This document shows positions 57,274 to 64,000 of a stretch of DNA of 64,000 nucleotides, in pieces. Made by a program: the position numbers and the translations under genes. This DNA is from a virus, in IMG/VR virus record IMGVR_UViG_3300003690_000002, positions 64,001-128,000 of that record; one strand, written 5' to 3'. Below the pieces are notes generated by a model. That model was not told the origin of the DNA. It saw nothing but the letters and a program-made list of their open reading frames with translations, and ran no database searches. The first letter of the stretch is position 1. Each line of letters begins with the position of its first letter.

Positions 57274-57852
57274 TCAATGTCTGCGACGTTTTTGCCTATT
57301 ATTGTTAGGATGTCGCTTTTGTTGTCGATTGTTTTGACTATTATGGCGATTATACCTAGATCTTCTATTCGATCTATTTGATCTCTTTTTATAGTGCTTA
57401 TTGTTTGATCTCTTCTTGTAATGCTTGTTGTTCTTTTTATGATGCTTGTTGTTCTTCTTATAATGCTTACCCTGTTGATTATGGTTGGGCTTCCAAAATC
57501 CCCATGAATTATTGTGTCGTTTATGATTATGGCGATTGTGATGTCGTACATAAGTATTTCGATGACGGTGATATCTAACAGATTGATAATGATTATAATA
57601 TTGATATGGGTTTACATTCACATATACCTGATTACCGTTGAAATAATTATCCCAATAGTAATATGCATCTAGATGTTCGTCTGACCATCTGTCTATATTG
57701 AGAGAAAATCTTTTTACATTATCGCGATATTCATACGGTAAGTGTGAAACATATACAACCTCGTGTGAACTAATTGCGTCAGTTACATGATAACAAGATG
57801 GTGTAGCAAACATGATATTGCTACTTAAGATGATGAAAATTATACAATTCAT
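57274..57852 (-). CDS. secreted-type protein with His/Asn/Lys/Arg low-complexity tail
   Basis: Hydrophobic N-terminus; KKNNKHH / KKRSNNKHY repeats. Confidence 0.65.
   Translation of the reverse strand: MNCIIFIILSSNIMFATPSCYHVTDAISSHEVVYVSHLPYEYRDNVKRFSLNIDRWSDEHLDAYYYWDNYFNGNQVYVNVNPYQYYNHYQSVRYHRHRNTYVRHHNRHNHKRHNNSWGFWKPNHNQQGKHYKKNNKHHKKNNKHYKKRSNNKHYKKRSNRSNRRSRYNRHNSQNNRQQKRHPNNNRQKRRRH
57380..57468. repeat. coding tandem repeats with 21-bp and 27-bp periods
   Basis: ATGCTTGTTGTTCTTyTTAT units at 57421 and 57442; GATCTCTT... units at 57380 and 57407. Confidence 0.8.
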
Positions 57853-57869
57853 AGAATAAACTCCTAATG

Positions 57870-58301
57870 TTAATTATCTATATACTTTATTGTTGCACGT
57901 TTCGGGCCAAATATCTTCTCAGTTTCTTTTTCGAAGTATAATATAAGTGCTAGGTCTCTTTTTACGTTATCGAGTTCAAATTTGGTTTTATATAAAAGCG
58001 TGGCAGCTCTCTTGTTTTTTTCGAGAGAAAGAAAAATTTTAAGATTTTCATAAACTTTATCGAATTGGCTTCTAGCTTCATTATATTCTAGAACCGCTTC
58101 TCGCATCTCTCCACTATTTGCTTTCTTAATTGCCTCTTTCTTAGATTGCAATGCTTCATTGTAATACTTATCTAGATTATCTAAATTAAATGTTTTGGTA
58201 TTAATCTCAACAGTTTTATCGGTTGTTTTAACGCTAGTAACGGGTGCGCATCCATTGAGTATATTTATAGCCATGGCTGTAATGATTAATAAATAATGCA
58301 T
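57870..58301 (-). CDS. putative lipoprotein, helical
   Basis: MHYLLIITAMAINILNGC lipobox-like. Confidence 0.65.
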   Translation of the reverse strand: MHYLLIITAMAINILNGCAPVTSVKTTDKTVEINTKTFNLDNLDKYYNEALQSKKEAIKKANSGEMREAVLEYNEARSQFDKVYENLKIFLSLEKNKRAATLLYKTKFELDNVKRDLALILYFEKETEKIFGPKRATIKYIDN

Positions 58302-58325
58302 AATTCAGGTTCCTTTTTCCATACT

Positions 58326-58354
58326 ATTATATACTATTATCGATAAAATATCAA
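58326..58354 (-). promoter_or_regulatory. sigma70-type promoter
   Basis: TTGATA-17 bp-TATAAT, overlapping a 10-bp tandem duplication (ATACTATTAT x2, 58321-58340). Confidence 0.6.
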
Positions 58355-58683
58355 CAAAAAAGAAACAAAAAAAATGCCCACATTATAGCTGAATATGAAA
58401 CAAAACATATATATATACCAATCTTACTAATCGAAGTATGGCGATACTTCCACAGCAAATAGACTCCTACCCCAACAATAAAAGTTTTGAATATGACAAA
58501 GGGGATATCCCCAATGCTCATCATATACTTTGTTATAGGGTTTAGCTCGTCTAATACAGCTGCGTGCTGTATAAACCAGATTGATAACACGGCATCGATA
58601 GCGTTCATTACCAATATCATACCGAGCATTATTTTCATTAAGTATTCTACATTGGTATATTGCTGTTCTCTGCTTAATTTCAT
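58351..58683 (-). CDS. DUF5658-like membrane protein
   Basis: NAIDAVLS...ELNPI...FVIFK; three to four hydrophobic segments. Confidence 0.7.
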   Translation of the reverse strand: MKLSREQQYTNVEYLMKIMLGMILVMNAIDAVLSIWFIQHAAVLDELNPITKYMMSIGDIPFVIFKTFIVGVGVYLLWKYRHTSISKIGIYICFVSYSAIMWAFFLFLFC

Positions 58684-58774
58684 TCATATATAACTATAAA
58701 TGAACAGCTGTTTTTTTTAAAATTTTATTTTTGTGATTTTTTTAGATAGTCTGTTTCTCTTGTTTTTGCTTCCT

Positions 58775-59029
58775 CTACGTCGTACGCCGTAGATCTACGT
58801 CGTATTCTTCAAATTTAGCGATCCAACGTAATGCGGATTCCAACTTTTCCGAAGGCTTATTACCTGGTAAACTAGACGTTGCAAGAAAATCCCACAATTC
58901 GTAATAAGCCTCGCTATGTTGCGTTTGCTCCTCATCTGAAAAAGGCTCTGCTGCAAGATCTTCCTCGTTAACATATTTTTGTACTTCTTCTTTAATAATA
59001 TGTCTTAAATTTAATTTAGTTAACTTCAT
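58775..59029 (-). CDS. MKLT-leader hypothetical protein
   Basis: Start moved to MKLTKLNLRHIIKEE (TAATG overlap). Confidence 0.7.
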   Translation of the reverse strand: MKLTKLNLRHIIKEEVQKYVNEEDLAAEPFSDEEQTQHSEAYYELWDFLATSSLPGNKPSEKLESALRWIAKFEEYDVDLRRTT

Positions 59030-59298
59030 TAGATTTCCTCTACAGAAGTTCCGGAAAGATCTTCCTCTTCCGGATATCCGGCTTGTTCTTTTTTCCACTC
59101 CTTAACATACATTTCGAAATTTTCTGTTAAAAATCGTTTACCTACGGGTGGCATTACCTTATACAGTTTATCCGCGCTCGTCATCACTTGTCTCATCTCA
59201 GTAATCCACCATTGCTCACCCCTTGGCTTATCGGGATCAATGGCTTCTTCCAAAGTTTCTTTAATGAGTTGTTTAAGTCTAGATTTGGTTAGTTTCAT
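59029..59298 (-). CDS. MKLT-leader hypothetical protein
   Basis: MKLTKSRLKQLIKE. Confidence 0.75.
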   Translation of the reverse strand: MKLTKSRLKQLIKETLEEAIDPDKPRGEQWWITEMRQVMTSADKLYKVMPPVGKRFLTENFEMYVKEWKKEQAGYPEEEDLSGTSVEEI

Positions 59299-59389
59299 AT
59301 AGGAATCCTAGCTTTGTTTAGTATTAATAAATAGTTACAATCATTGAGAATGCCTTAAAATCTCATATTTTTTCAGCGGTATCACGAAC

Positions 59390-59472
59390 GTACTTAGTCA
59401 GCTCTCCTAAGTACCTGTATTCATTGGGACATAGATTCCGGTAGAGGGGGGGAGGGGCCCGGGGGGTACCCC
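59390..59472. other. structured intergenic element: 8-bp inverted repeat, G-quadruplex-capable G-tract and palindrome
   Basis: GTACTTAG-9-CTAAGTAC (59390-59414); GGGGGGGAGGGGCCCGGGGGG (59446-59466); GGGGTACCCC (59463-59472). Confidence 0.7.
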
Positions 59473-59500
59473 ACAAAGCGTAGCTTGTTAGCGCTTGTTC

Positions 59501-59692
59501 TTATCTATACTTAAGGAAACCTTTTAACTCTTCTAGTGTACATACTGAATCACCTTTGACTGTACTAACCTTGCAGCTATTACAGTGTCTCCATGAGCGC
59601 GTTACTACTCCCATACGTAATGTATTCGTAGTGTACTGTACCTTACCTTTACTACACTTAGCACATGTACCTATCTCTTTTGTTAACAACAT
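59501..59692 (-). CDS. zinc-ribbon protein
   Basis: CAKCSKG...WRHCNSC. Confidence 0.65.
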   Translation of the reverse strand: MLLTKEIGTCAKCSKGKVQYTTNTLRMGVVTRSWRHCNSCKVSTVKGDSVCTLEELKGFLKYR

Positions 59693-59739
59693 TTATTTTT
59701 TATATCCTCGCCCCTTTTTCTTACGGGGCTGGTCATATG

Positions 59740-59907
59740 CTATTGGGATCGTTTGGATGGGAAGGGGCGGTCGATGCTGCCGGTGGTGGCATTCTCTTTA
59801 GTACACTTGCCGGTGTTCCACCAGTTCTTGCGCGTTTGCTCTTGAAGGGCATCTAGCGCGTCTTTGTAATCTTCTGGTTGCGTTGTATCTTTTGTTGCTG
59901 TTGCCAT
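59740..59907 (-). CDS. small hypothetical protein
   Basis: Start moved to MATATKD, directly after the upstream stop. Confidence 0.5.
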   Translation of the reverse strand: MATATKDTTQPEDYKDALDALQEQTRKNWWNTGKCTKENATTGSIDRPFPSKRSQ

Positions 59908-59908
59908 A

Positions 59909-60082
59909 TTAATTAGCCTCCGTACATGCATTGATAAAGAGTTGTGCATTAAAACGCGGGTTAGTTTTTGCTAGTTCATTAGCAAAGCTAACCACTATGT
60001 CTTGGACGACGCAACGATTCATTGGCGAAGTGCCATGAGCCTTGAGTACGTCTGCGATAAGTTGGAAGTCTTTCTTGGTCAT
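59909..60082 (-). CDS. small phage early-type protein (KKDFQLIA...NPRFN...F..AC)
   Basis: Start moved to 60082; lies behind a strong promoter. Confidence 0.7.
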   Translation of the reverse strand: MTKKDFQLIADVLKAHGTSPMNRCVVQDIVVSFANELAKTNPRFNAQLFINACTEAN

Positions 60083-60116
60083 AGCTTTATACCTTTTTTC
60101 TCCACTGTACATGTAT

Positions 60117-60145
60117 ATTATCTCACATGTTCAATGGTTTGTCAA
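60117..60145 (-). promoter_or_regulatory. sigma70-type early promoter
   Basis: TTGACA-17 bp-GATAAT with TG extended -10 (TGAGATAAT). Confidence 0.8.
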
Positions 60146-60182
60146 GTACTTTATTTTTTGTTTTTACTCTCGCCAGTATATC

Positions 60183-60437
60183 TTATTGCTTGTAGACTCT
60201 CTTGGGTTCTAGGCGCAACATTTCATTCAGATAGACTATCAGCGCTCCTAGCTTGTAGCTAGCTGCATACTCTATCGCGCTAGCTTCAGACCAACACAGC
60301 CCGGTATACGGGCTAAAAGGTCCAATCTCTTTCACTTTCTCAAATTCAGATTGCAATGCATCTTCAAGCTGTTGCTCGTAGTCTTGCTGACGTTTCAATG
60401 CTTCGTCGTATTTACTAATTTTGCTGTCCTCACTCAT
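60183..60437 (-). CDS. hypothetical protein
   Basis: 84 aa with GAGGAG SD. Confidence 0.65.
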   Translation of the reverse strand: MSEDSKISKYDEALKRQQDYEQQLEDALQSEFEKVKEIGPFSPYTGLCWSEASAIEYAASYKLGALIVYLNEMLRLEPKRVYKQ

Positions 60438-60591
60438 AATAATTATCTCCTCAAATAGAAAATGCTTGACAATTAGCGGAAGTACCTATGTACTTAGTAT
60501 TCCCCATATCATCCCACTTTGCCCCACCCTATTCAACTTACTTTCATTTATAAAAGCTTTATGTAAGCTTTCTGTACCACCACTACCCATT

Positions 60592-60789
60592 TTACTTCCA
60601 CAGCGCTGATTCACGGGTTGTGAACACTGCCATGCCTTTGGATGAGTGAAGGTCGCAAGAATCGCACCATCGCACCGCAGACATGTCAAAGGATTTATAG
60701 TAAATATTTCCCTTTTTGCATTGAGCACATTTGCCTAATTTCTTTTTCTTTGGCTTCGAAGTACTTTTCTTTCCAAGATTAAAAATCAT
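60592..60789 (-). CDS. zinc-ribbon protein, paralog of 59501-59692
   Basis: CAQCKKG...RWCDSC...G..VFT..E; start moved to 60789. Confidence 0.6.
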   Translation of the reverse strand: MIFNLGKKSTSKPKKKKLGKCAQCKKGNIYYKSFDMSAVRWCDSCDLHSSKGMAVFTTRESALWK

Positions 60790-60918
60790 TAGAAAATTGC
60801 CATAGCAAAAGTAAAAATACCTACATGTGCTGCAACAATCAGATACACCCAACCTTTGTTGGTTAGTTCTCCTGATGCGTCTCGAAGGGTTGTTGTGTCG
60901 AATTGATTTAGTACTTTC

Positions 60919-61167
60919 TTAAACATTGTTTTTCTTCCTTTCTTTTTTCTTATAAATTTCTAAAAACTGTAACATGGTCGCATTAAGCGTGGTGATATGA
61001 TCCTGACCAATGATATGAACCAAGTGGTTTGTGACTTCATGTCCGTTGCGGGAATAAATGATTTTATCTTTACCTAGATATAAACCAATCTTACCACTGA
61101 GATCATAACAATGTGTGACTTCTCCAAACTGTACCAGATCACCGATTTGTACTTGTTTTAAGTCCAT
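60919..61167 (-). CDS. GDLV (SH3/KOW-like) small protein
   Basis: VQIGDLVQF...GKIGLYLG. Confidence 0.7.
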   Translation of the reverse strand: MDLKQVQIGDLVQFGEVTHCYDLSGKIGLYLGKDKIIYSRNGHEVTNHLVHIIGQDHITTLNATMLQFLEIYKKKERKKNNV

Positions 61168-61343
61168 GCGAATTTGACTATTTCTTCTTTTTCTTTATTA
61201 CCTTCTTTTTAGACTTTCGCCATGCGCTGAATACTGTTTCTGGACCTCTTGCATCTGGTGGTAATTGTATTACACCATTGTCTTTGATATACATTTTAAG
61301 TTGTTTTAATTCTTCTTCTCTCGTCATTATTTTTTACTCTCTC

Positions 61344-61595
61344 TTATTTGGTACATCGTGCTTTTGTCAAACTAAACACGCTGTACTGATTATGAATGTT
61401 TATTGGCGAATATCCGTACTGACGATTATAATCGTATGGTGCGGGTCCCGACCACTCTACAAACACTCGTCCACTACCAATTCCATATGGATTGGTTTCA
61501 ATTTTATAAATGAGTCCTATATGTGCTTTGTCTCTAGTGGCAAATTTCGCTGTTATCAAGTCTCCAACTTGTGGCCATCTATTATTGTCGCTCAC
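61344..61595 (-). CDS. GDLV (SH3/KOW-like) small protein
   Basis: GTG start behind GGAGG; PQVGDLI...IGLIYKI...VFVEW. Confidence 0.7.
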   Translation of the reverse strand: MSDNNRWPQVGDLITAKFATRDKAHIGLIYKIETNPYGIGSGRVFVEWSGPAPYDYNRQYGYSPINIHNQYSVFSLTKARCTK

Positions 61596-61779
61596 TGACA
61601 ACCTCCACGTCTCGTGGGCTTTCCCAAGTCATCGTTTTTCCAATGTGCGCTGGCTTTGCAGGCCAACTGATTTTATAACGATAAACACCAGTGGAAACCT
61701 GTTCTTTTGTATGTATTAAGCCTGTACCTTCATAAGTGCTGGCATGAGGTTTGTAAATAACTAAATCACCGACTTGCAT
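61582..61779 (-). CDS. GDLV array protein
   Basis: MQVGDLVIY...VEVVSERQ. Confidence 0.8.
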   Translation of the reverse strand: MQVGDLVIYKPHASTYEGTGLIHTKEQVSTGVYRYKISWPAKPAHIGKTMTWESPRDVEVVSERQ

Positions 61780-61951
61780 TTAGTACCTCAAGCAGTTCTC
61801 CACGACAATACAGTGTGGAGTCGCGACCATCCTTTGTCCACAAAACTTTGTAATCACCGTTGTTCGTTTGTTCTGGTGTTTGGAGCACTAAACCATGCGC
61901 GGCATATGGCTGGTGATGCACTTTATACTTTACTAAATCACCGACTTGCAT
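61766..61951 (-). CDS. GDLV array protein
   Basis: MQVGDLVKY...LEVLNASR. Confidence 0.8.
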   Translation of the reverse strand: MQVGDLVKYKVHHQPYAAHGLVLQTPEQTNNGDYKVLWTKDGRDSTLYCRGELLEVLNASR

Positions 61952-62108
61952 TGATAACCTCTATTTCACTGCTCCAGTGAGAACCTTGTGATCCGTCATT
62001 CCATCGAATATGATGTAAAACTCCATCGCCGAGCGCCATTTTTGTAGTTTTATAAACTATTCCAATATATTTTCCCGAATTATGTTTCACTAAGTCACCG
62101 GTTTGCAT
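61938..62108 (-). CDS. GDLV array protein
   Basis: Start moved to MQTGDLVKH...IEVINASR. Confidence 0.8.
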   Translation of the reverse strand: MQTGDLVKHNSGKYIGIVYKTTKMALGDGVLHHIRWNDGSQGSHWSSEIEVINASR

Positions 62109-62262
62109 TAATAACTTCCAATTCGTCAACCCAACGATTGCCGACATGTCCATCCATCCACGAGATTGTGTACATTTTGTCTCCAAGATGATCCATCGCC
62201 AATTTCACGACTAAGCCAAGCATACCATTATTTTTGAACTTTACTAAATCACCGACTTGCAT
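62095..62262 (-). CDS. GDLV array protein
   Basis: Start moved to MQVGDLVKF...LEVINANR. Confidence 0.8.
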   Translation of the reverse strand: MQVGDLVKFKNNGMLGLVVKLAMDHLGDKMYTISWMDGHVGNRWVDELEVINANR

Positions 62263-62434
62263 TGATAACTTCCAAAGCACGTTCGTCAAGAAGACGTGCA
62301 CGTCCATCCAAGAGGACGCGGACAATGTGGTCGCCGGTTGTACCCAGTCGGTCCCGTCCTATCACAACGCCAACTTTATGCCAAAGGGCACTAATCGTTC
62401 GCTTGTTGACTTTTACTAGATCACCGACTTTCAT
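62249..62434 (-). CDS. GDLV array protein
   Basis: MKVGDLVKV...LEVINASR. Confidence 0.8.
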   Translation of the reverse strand: MKVGDLVKVNKRTISALWHKVGVVIGRDRLGTTGDHIVRVLLDGRARLLDERALEVINASR

Positions 62435-62621
62435 TTACAACCTCTAAGTCTCGTTCCAATCGTCGAATCACGCGATTCTTACTATTACAAAGTTGAATTT
62501 CGTGATACAAAATATCGTACTCGTTGGGTCGTGGCTCAACAGTTTTAAGAATCAATCCAACCATATCTGTTGGGACGCCGATACCGGCTCTCGTAATCTT
62601 AACTAAATTACCGGGCTTCAT
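62421..62621 (-). CDS. GDLV array protein
   Basis: MKPGNLVKI...LEVVNESR. Confidence 0.8.
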   Translation of the reverse strand: MKPGNLVKITRAGIGVPTDMVGLILKTVEPRPNEYDILYHEIQLCNSKNRVIRRLERDLEVVNESR

Positions 62622-62941
62622 ATAGCTACCTTTATTTTGATGTTCTCAATGTGCTTGCATTTTCTTCGAAAACCAAACCCAACGCAAGTACAACTCCATG
62701 TGTCGCTAGCAGAGCGTTTAACGGTGTACTTATTCTTTTTTGATCCCTCAACCTCGAATGTTTCTTTCCGTGCGTTAGGGGTGCCTTTCTCGGGTTTATA
62801 AGAAAGAATCCAGCGTACGTCATTGAGTGTTGTTCCTTTTGGAACTTCAATCCACGGCTGGTTGCCTGCGACGACGTACGTTTTACCCGAAGTCAGGCTA
62901 TCAAAAATGGCTGGGTTTAATGTGCTTTTGACGCTAATCAT
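62618..62941 (-). CDS. SWIM zinc-finger protein
   Basis: WSCTCVGFGFRRKCKH (CxC...CxH); start moved to 62941 (ATGA overlap). Confidence 0.8.
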   Translation of the reverse strand: MISVKSTLNPAIFDSLTSGKTYVVAGNQPWIEVPKGTTLNDVRWILSYKPEKGTPNARKETFEVEGSKKNKYTVKRSASDTWSCTCVGFGFRRKCKHIENIKIKVAI

Positions 62942-63237
62942 TTGATTGACTTTCCTGATACTTTGCCCCAAACAGATGCGTTATAAAGCAAATGGTCCTC
63001 GACGCTGAAAAACTCGGTTTCTCCGGTAATCTCGCTCCAATTGTTTAGCAAGTCCTCGTCGTTGACGTCTTTGTAAGAATCGTCTTCCCAATCCTCAAGT
63101 GCGCCACGCGCCCATGCAGCAAGTTGCTTTCGCGCACCGTCTTCGGTTGTGTGGATGGAAATGTCTTGACCGTGTTTGTGGTCCCATTGAGCGACATACA
63201 CGGTTTCAGATGTTTTTGATTTTGGAATTACTGGCAT
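62938..63237 (-). CDS. hypothetical protein
   Basis: Start moved to MPVIPK, 1 nt after the upstream stop. Confidence 0.65.
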   Translation of the reverse strand: MPVIPKSKTSETVYVAQWDHKHGQDISIHTTEDGARKQLAAWARGALEDWEDDSYKDVNDEDLLNNWSEITGETEFFSVEDHLLYNASVWGKVSGKSIK

Positions 63238-63238
63238 G

Positions 63239-63679
63239 TTAATTATCCTCCGCGCAACCATTGGCGCATTGTTGTAAGACCAAAGTAGGATAGCCCATGC
63301 CATCGGAAGCATAGTGATTGCGTACCGAAGCACCAATCAATCCACAGGCGTCACATACACCAATGCCATGCTCTGGGGGGCAATCCTCTGCCATAAAATG
63401 CTGGAAACGCTCAGACCTAAGCTTATTCGCAGCTTCACGGTTGTCATACGATGACGCTAACTCGTAACAGCCTTCCGCAACAGCAACAGCAATCGAGGGC
63501 ATGCCATTGGCAATTGCCTGAGTGGTGTTATAGGCAACACGCATCGTTGGCGTAACTTCGCGCCCATCCTGCAAGACTACGCGAGCTTCTTTCATCCAAG
63601 AACGTGCTGCACTGATGCGACGACCAGAACGAGCTTCAGCAACGACGGTTGCAGAGGGAGCGGGGAAAGCGGTTGTCAT
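63239..63679 (-). CDS. hypothetical protein with C-terminal Cys pair motifs
   Basis: Start moved to MTTAFP behind an AAAGGA SD and a promoter; CDAC...CANGC. Confidence 0.65.
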   Translation of the reverse strand: MTTAFPAPSATVVAEARSGRRISAARSWMKEARVVLQDGREVTPTMRVAYNTTQAIANGMPSIAVAVAEGCYELASSYDNREAANKLRSERFQHFMAEDCPPEHGIGVCDACGLIGASVRNHYASDGMGYPTLVLQQCANGCAEDN

Positions 63680-63713
63680 GTGATTAAGTCCTTTTGCCAT
63701 TGTTTCTATATAC

Positions 63714-63742
63714 ATTATCTCATAAAAACAAGGATTTGTCAA
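63714..63742 (-). promoter_or_regulatory. sigma70-type early promoter
   Basis: TTGACA-17 bp-GATAAT with TGAGATAAT, the same architecture as 60117-60145. Confidence 0.8.
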
Positions 63743-63781
63743 GGATAAAGTGAAAAATTTTTTCGATTCGTGATTTCGATA

Positions 63782-64000
63782 TTAACTACATGCGGTGGGG
63801 TGCGACCAGTTTTCGTATTGCCAGTCGGAAATGAGTTCGTCTTTGCAAAGAGAATCGGTCCAGTTATTCCACGCTTCGCTACGGGCTGGAATGTCTTTGA
63901 TACCGTCTTGTTCAAACTCTTTTTGAACTTGCGGAAGAATATTCTCGTTGAATTGTTCGACTGCTTCTTTCCAAGTAATTACGCTATAAAGATTGTTTGC
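63782..64000 (-). CDS. partial hypothetical protein; 5' end outside the window
   Basis: Stop-free ...ILPQVQKEFEQDG..D.PARSEAWNNWTDSLCKD...WSHPTACS*. Confidence 0.7.
   Translation of the reverse strand, partial: ANNLYSVITWKEAVEQFNENILPQVQKEFEQDGIKDIPARSEAWNNWTDSLCKDELISDWQYENWSHPTACS

Larger units (their letters stand above)
61927..62269. repeat. 32-bp exact direct repeat (61927-61958 and 62238-62269) at gene junctions, with degenerate copies at the other junctions
   Basis: Coding strand GTTATCAATGCAAGTCGGTGATTTAGTAAAGT. Confidence 0.9.

Noticed and set aside
60486-60728. 80-aa Cys-containing minus-strand ORF
   Set aside because: It overlaps the better-supported zinc-ribbon gene 60592-60789 by 137 nt. 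At most a 34-aa ORF from 60590 is possible, and it has no support.
61766-62434. Regularly spaced 30-bp repeats suggesting a CRISPR array
   Set aside because: The spacers are 120-155 bp, the repeats are degenerate and non-palindromic, and repeats plus spacers form intact overlapping ORFs. No cas genes are nearby.
515-63336. Numerous 60-120-aa plus-strand ORFs in the track
   Set aside because: They lie antisense to long motif-bearing minus-strand genes and lack recognisable motifs. Only 33436-34221 is supported.
50634-63742. Longest-ORF starts given by the track (for example 51296, 56939, 59098, 62186, 62325, 62971, 63336, 63742)
   Set aside because: Downstream ATGs coincide with conserved leaders, SD sites or stop-start overlaps, and the extensions run into neighbouring genes or promoters.
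1-64000. Alternative genetic code (TAG or TGA recoding) as in some huge phages
   Set aside because: Genes tile the window at high density in the standard code, and TAA, TAG and TGA all end full-length genes at overlap junctions.
1-64000. Eukaryotic giant virus (NCLDV) origin, suggested by the GT15/GT8 and sugar genes
   Set aside because: SD sequences, ATGA/TAATG coupling, sigma70 promoters, a sigma factor, tmRNA and deformylase all indicate a bacterial host.

Overview
This is a 64 kb, AT-rich, gene-dense segment of what is most likely a very large tailed dsDNA bacteriophage. Evidence: SD-led, overlap-coupled genes in the standard code, sigma70-type promoters, a gp55-like sigma factor, a gp5/VgrG-like spike, PhoH and a tmRNA. 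Essentially every real gene is on the minus strand; the one clear exception is a trypsin-like protease. Left to right: (1) 1-7.7 kb: tail/baseplate genes, including a >1050-aa ORF missing from the ORF track and a spike-like protein fusing an OB fold, an SGNH esterase and a lysozyme-like domain. (2) 8-9.5 kb: sigma factor and small genes. (3) 9.5-29.8 kb: a 21-gene soluble glycan cluster with a coherent nonulosonate-like sub-pathway. (4) 29.8-37.8 kb: Fe-S PD-(D/E)xK nuclease, PIN-PhoH, protease, archaeal-type GAPDH, peptide deformylase and tmRNA. (5) 37.9-48 kb: large acidic, probably head-associated proteins, a ligase-like/cytidylyltransferase/HhH fusion and a frame-split vWA lipoprotein. (6) 48-59.3 kb: twelve unrelated cargo genes (ART, 2H phosphoesterase, Nudix, pol-beta NTase, HAD nucleotidase, GNAT-like, HExxH) sharing an N-terminal MKLLxENWRx[YF][IL]xE leader that resembles the T4 capsid-targeting/cleavage signal. 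This is the best candidate for an undescribed system. (7) After a G-quadruplex-like boundary at 59.45 kb: an early-type region with sigma70 promoters and a tandem array of GDLV/SH3-like mini-genes whose junctions are dual-coding repeats. All functional calls come from motifs read by eye; no database searches were run.
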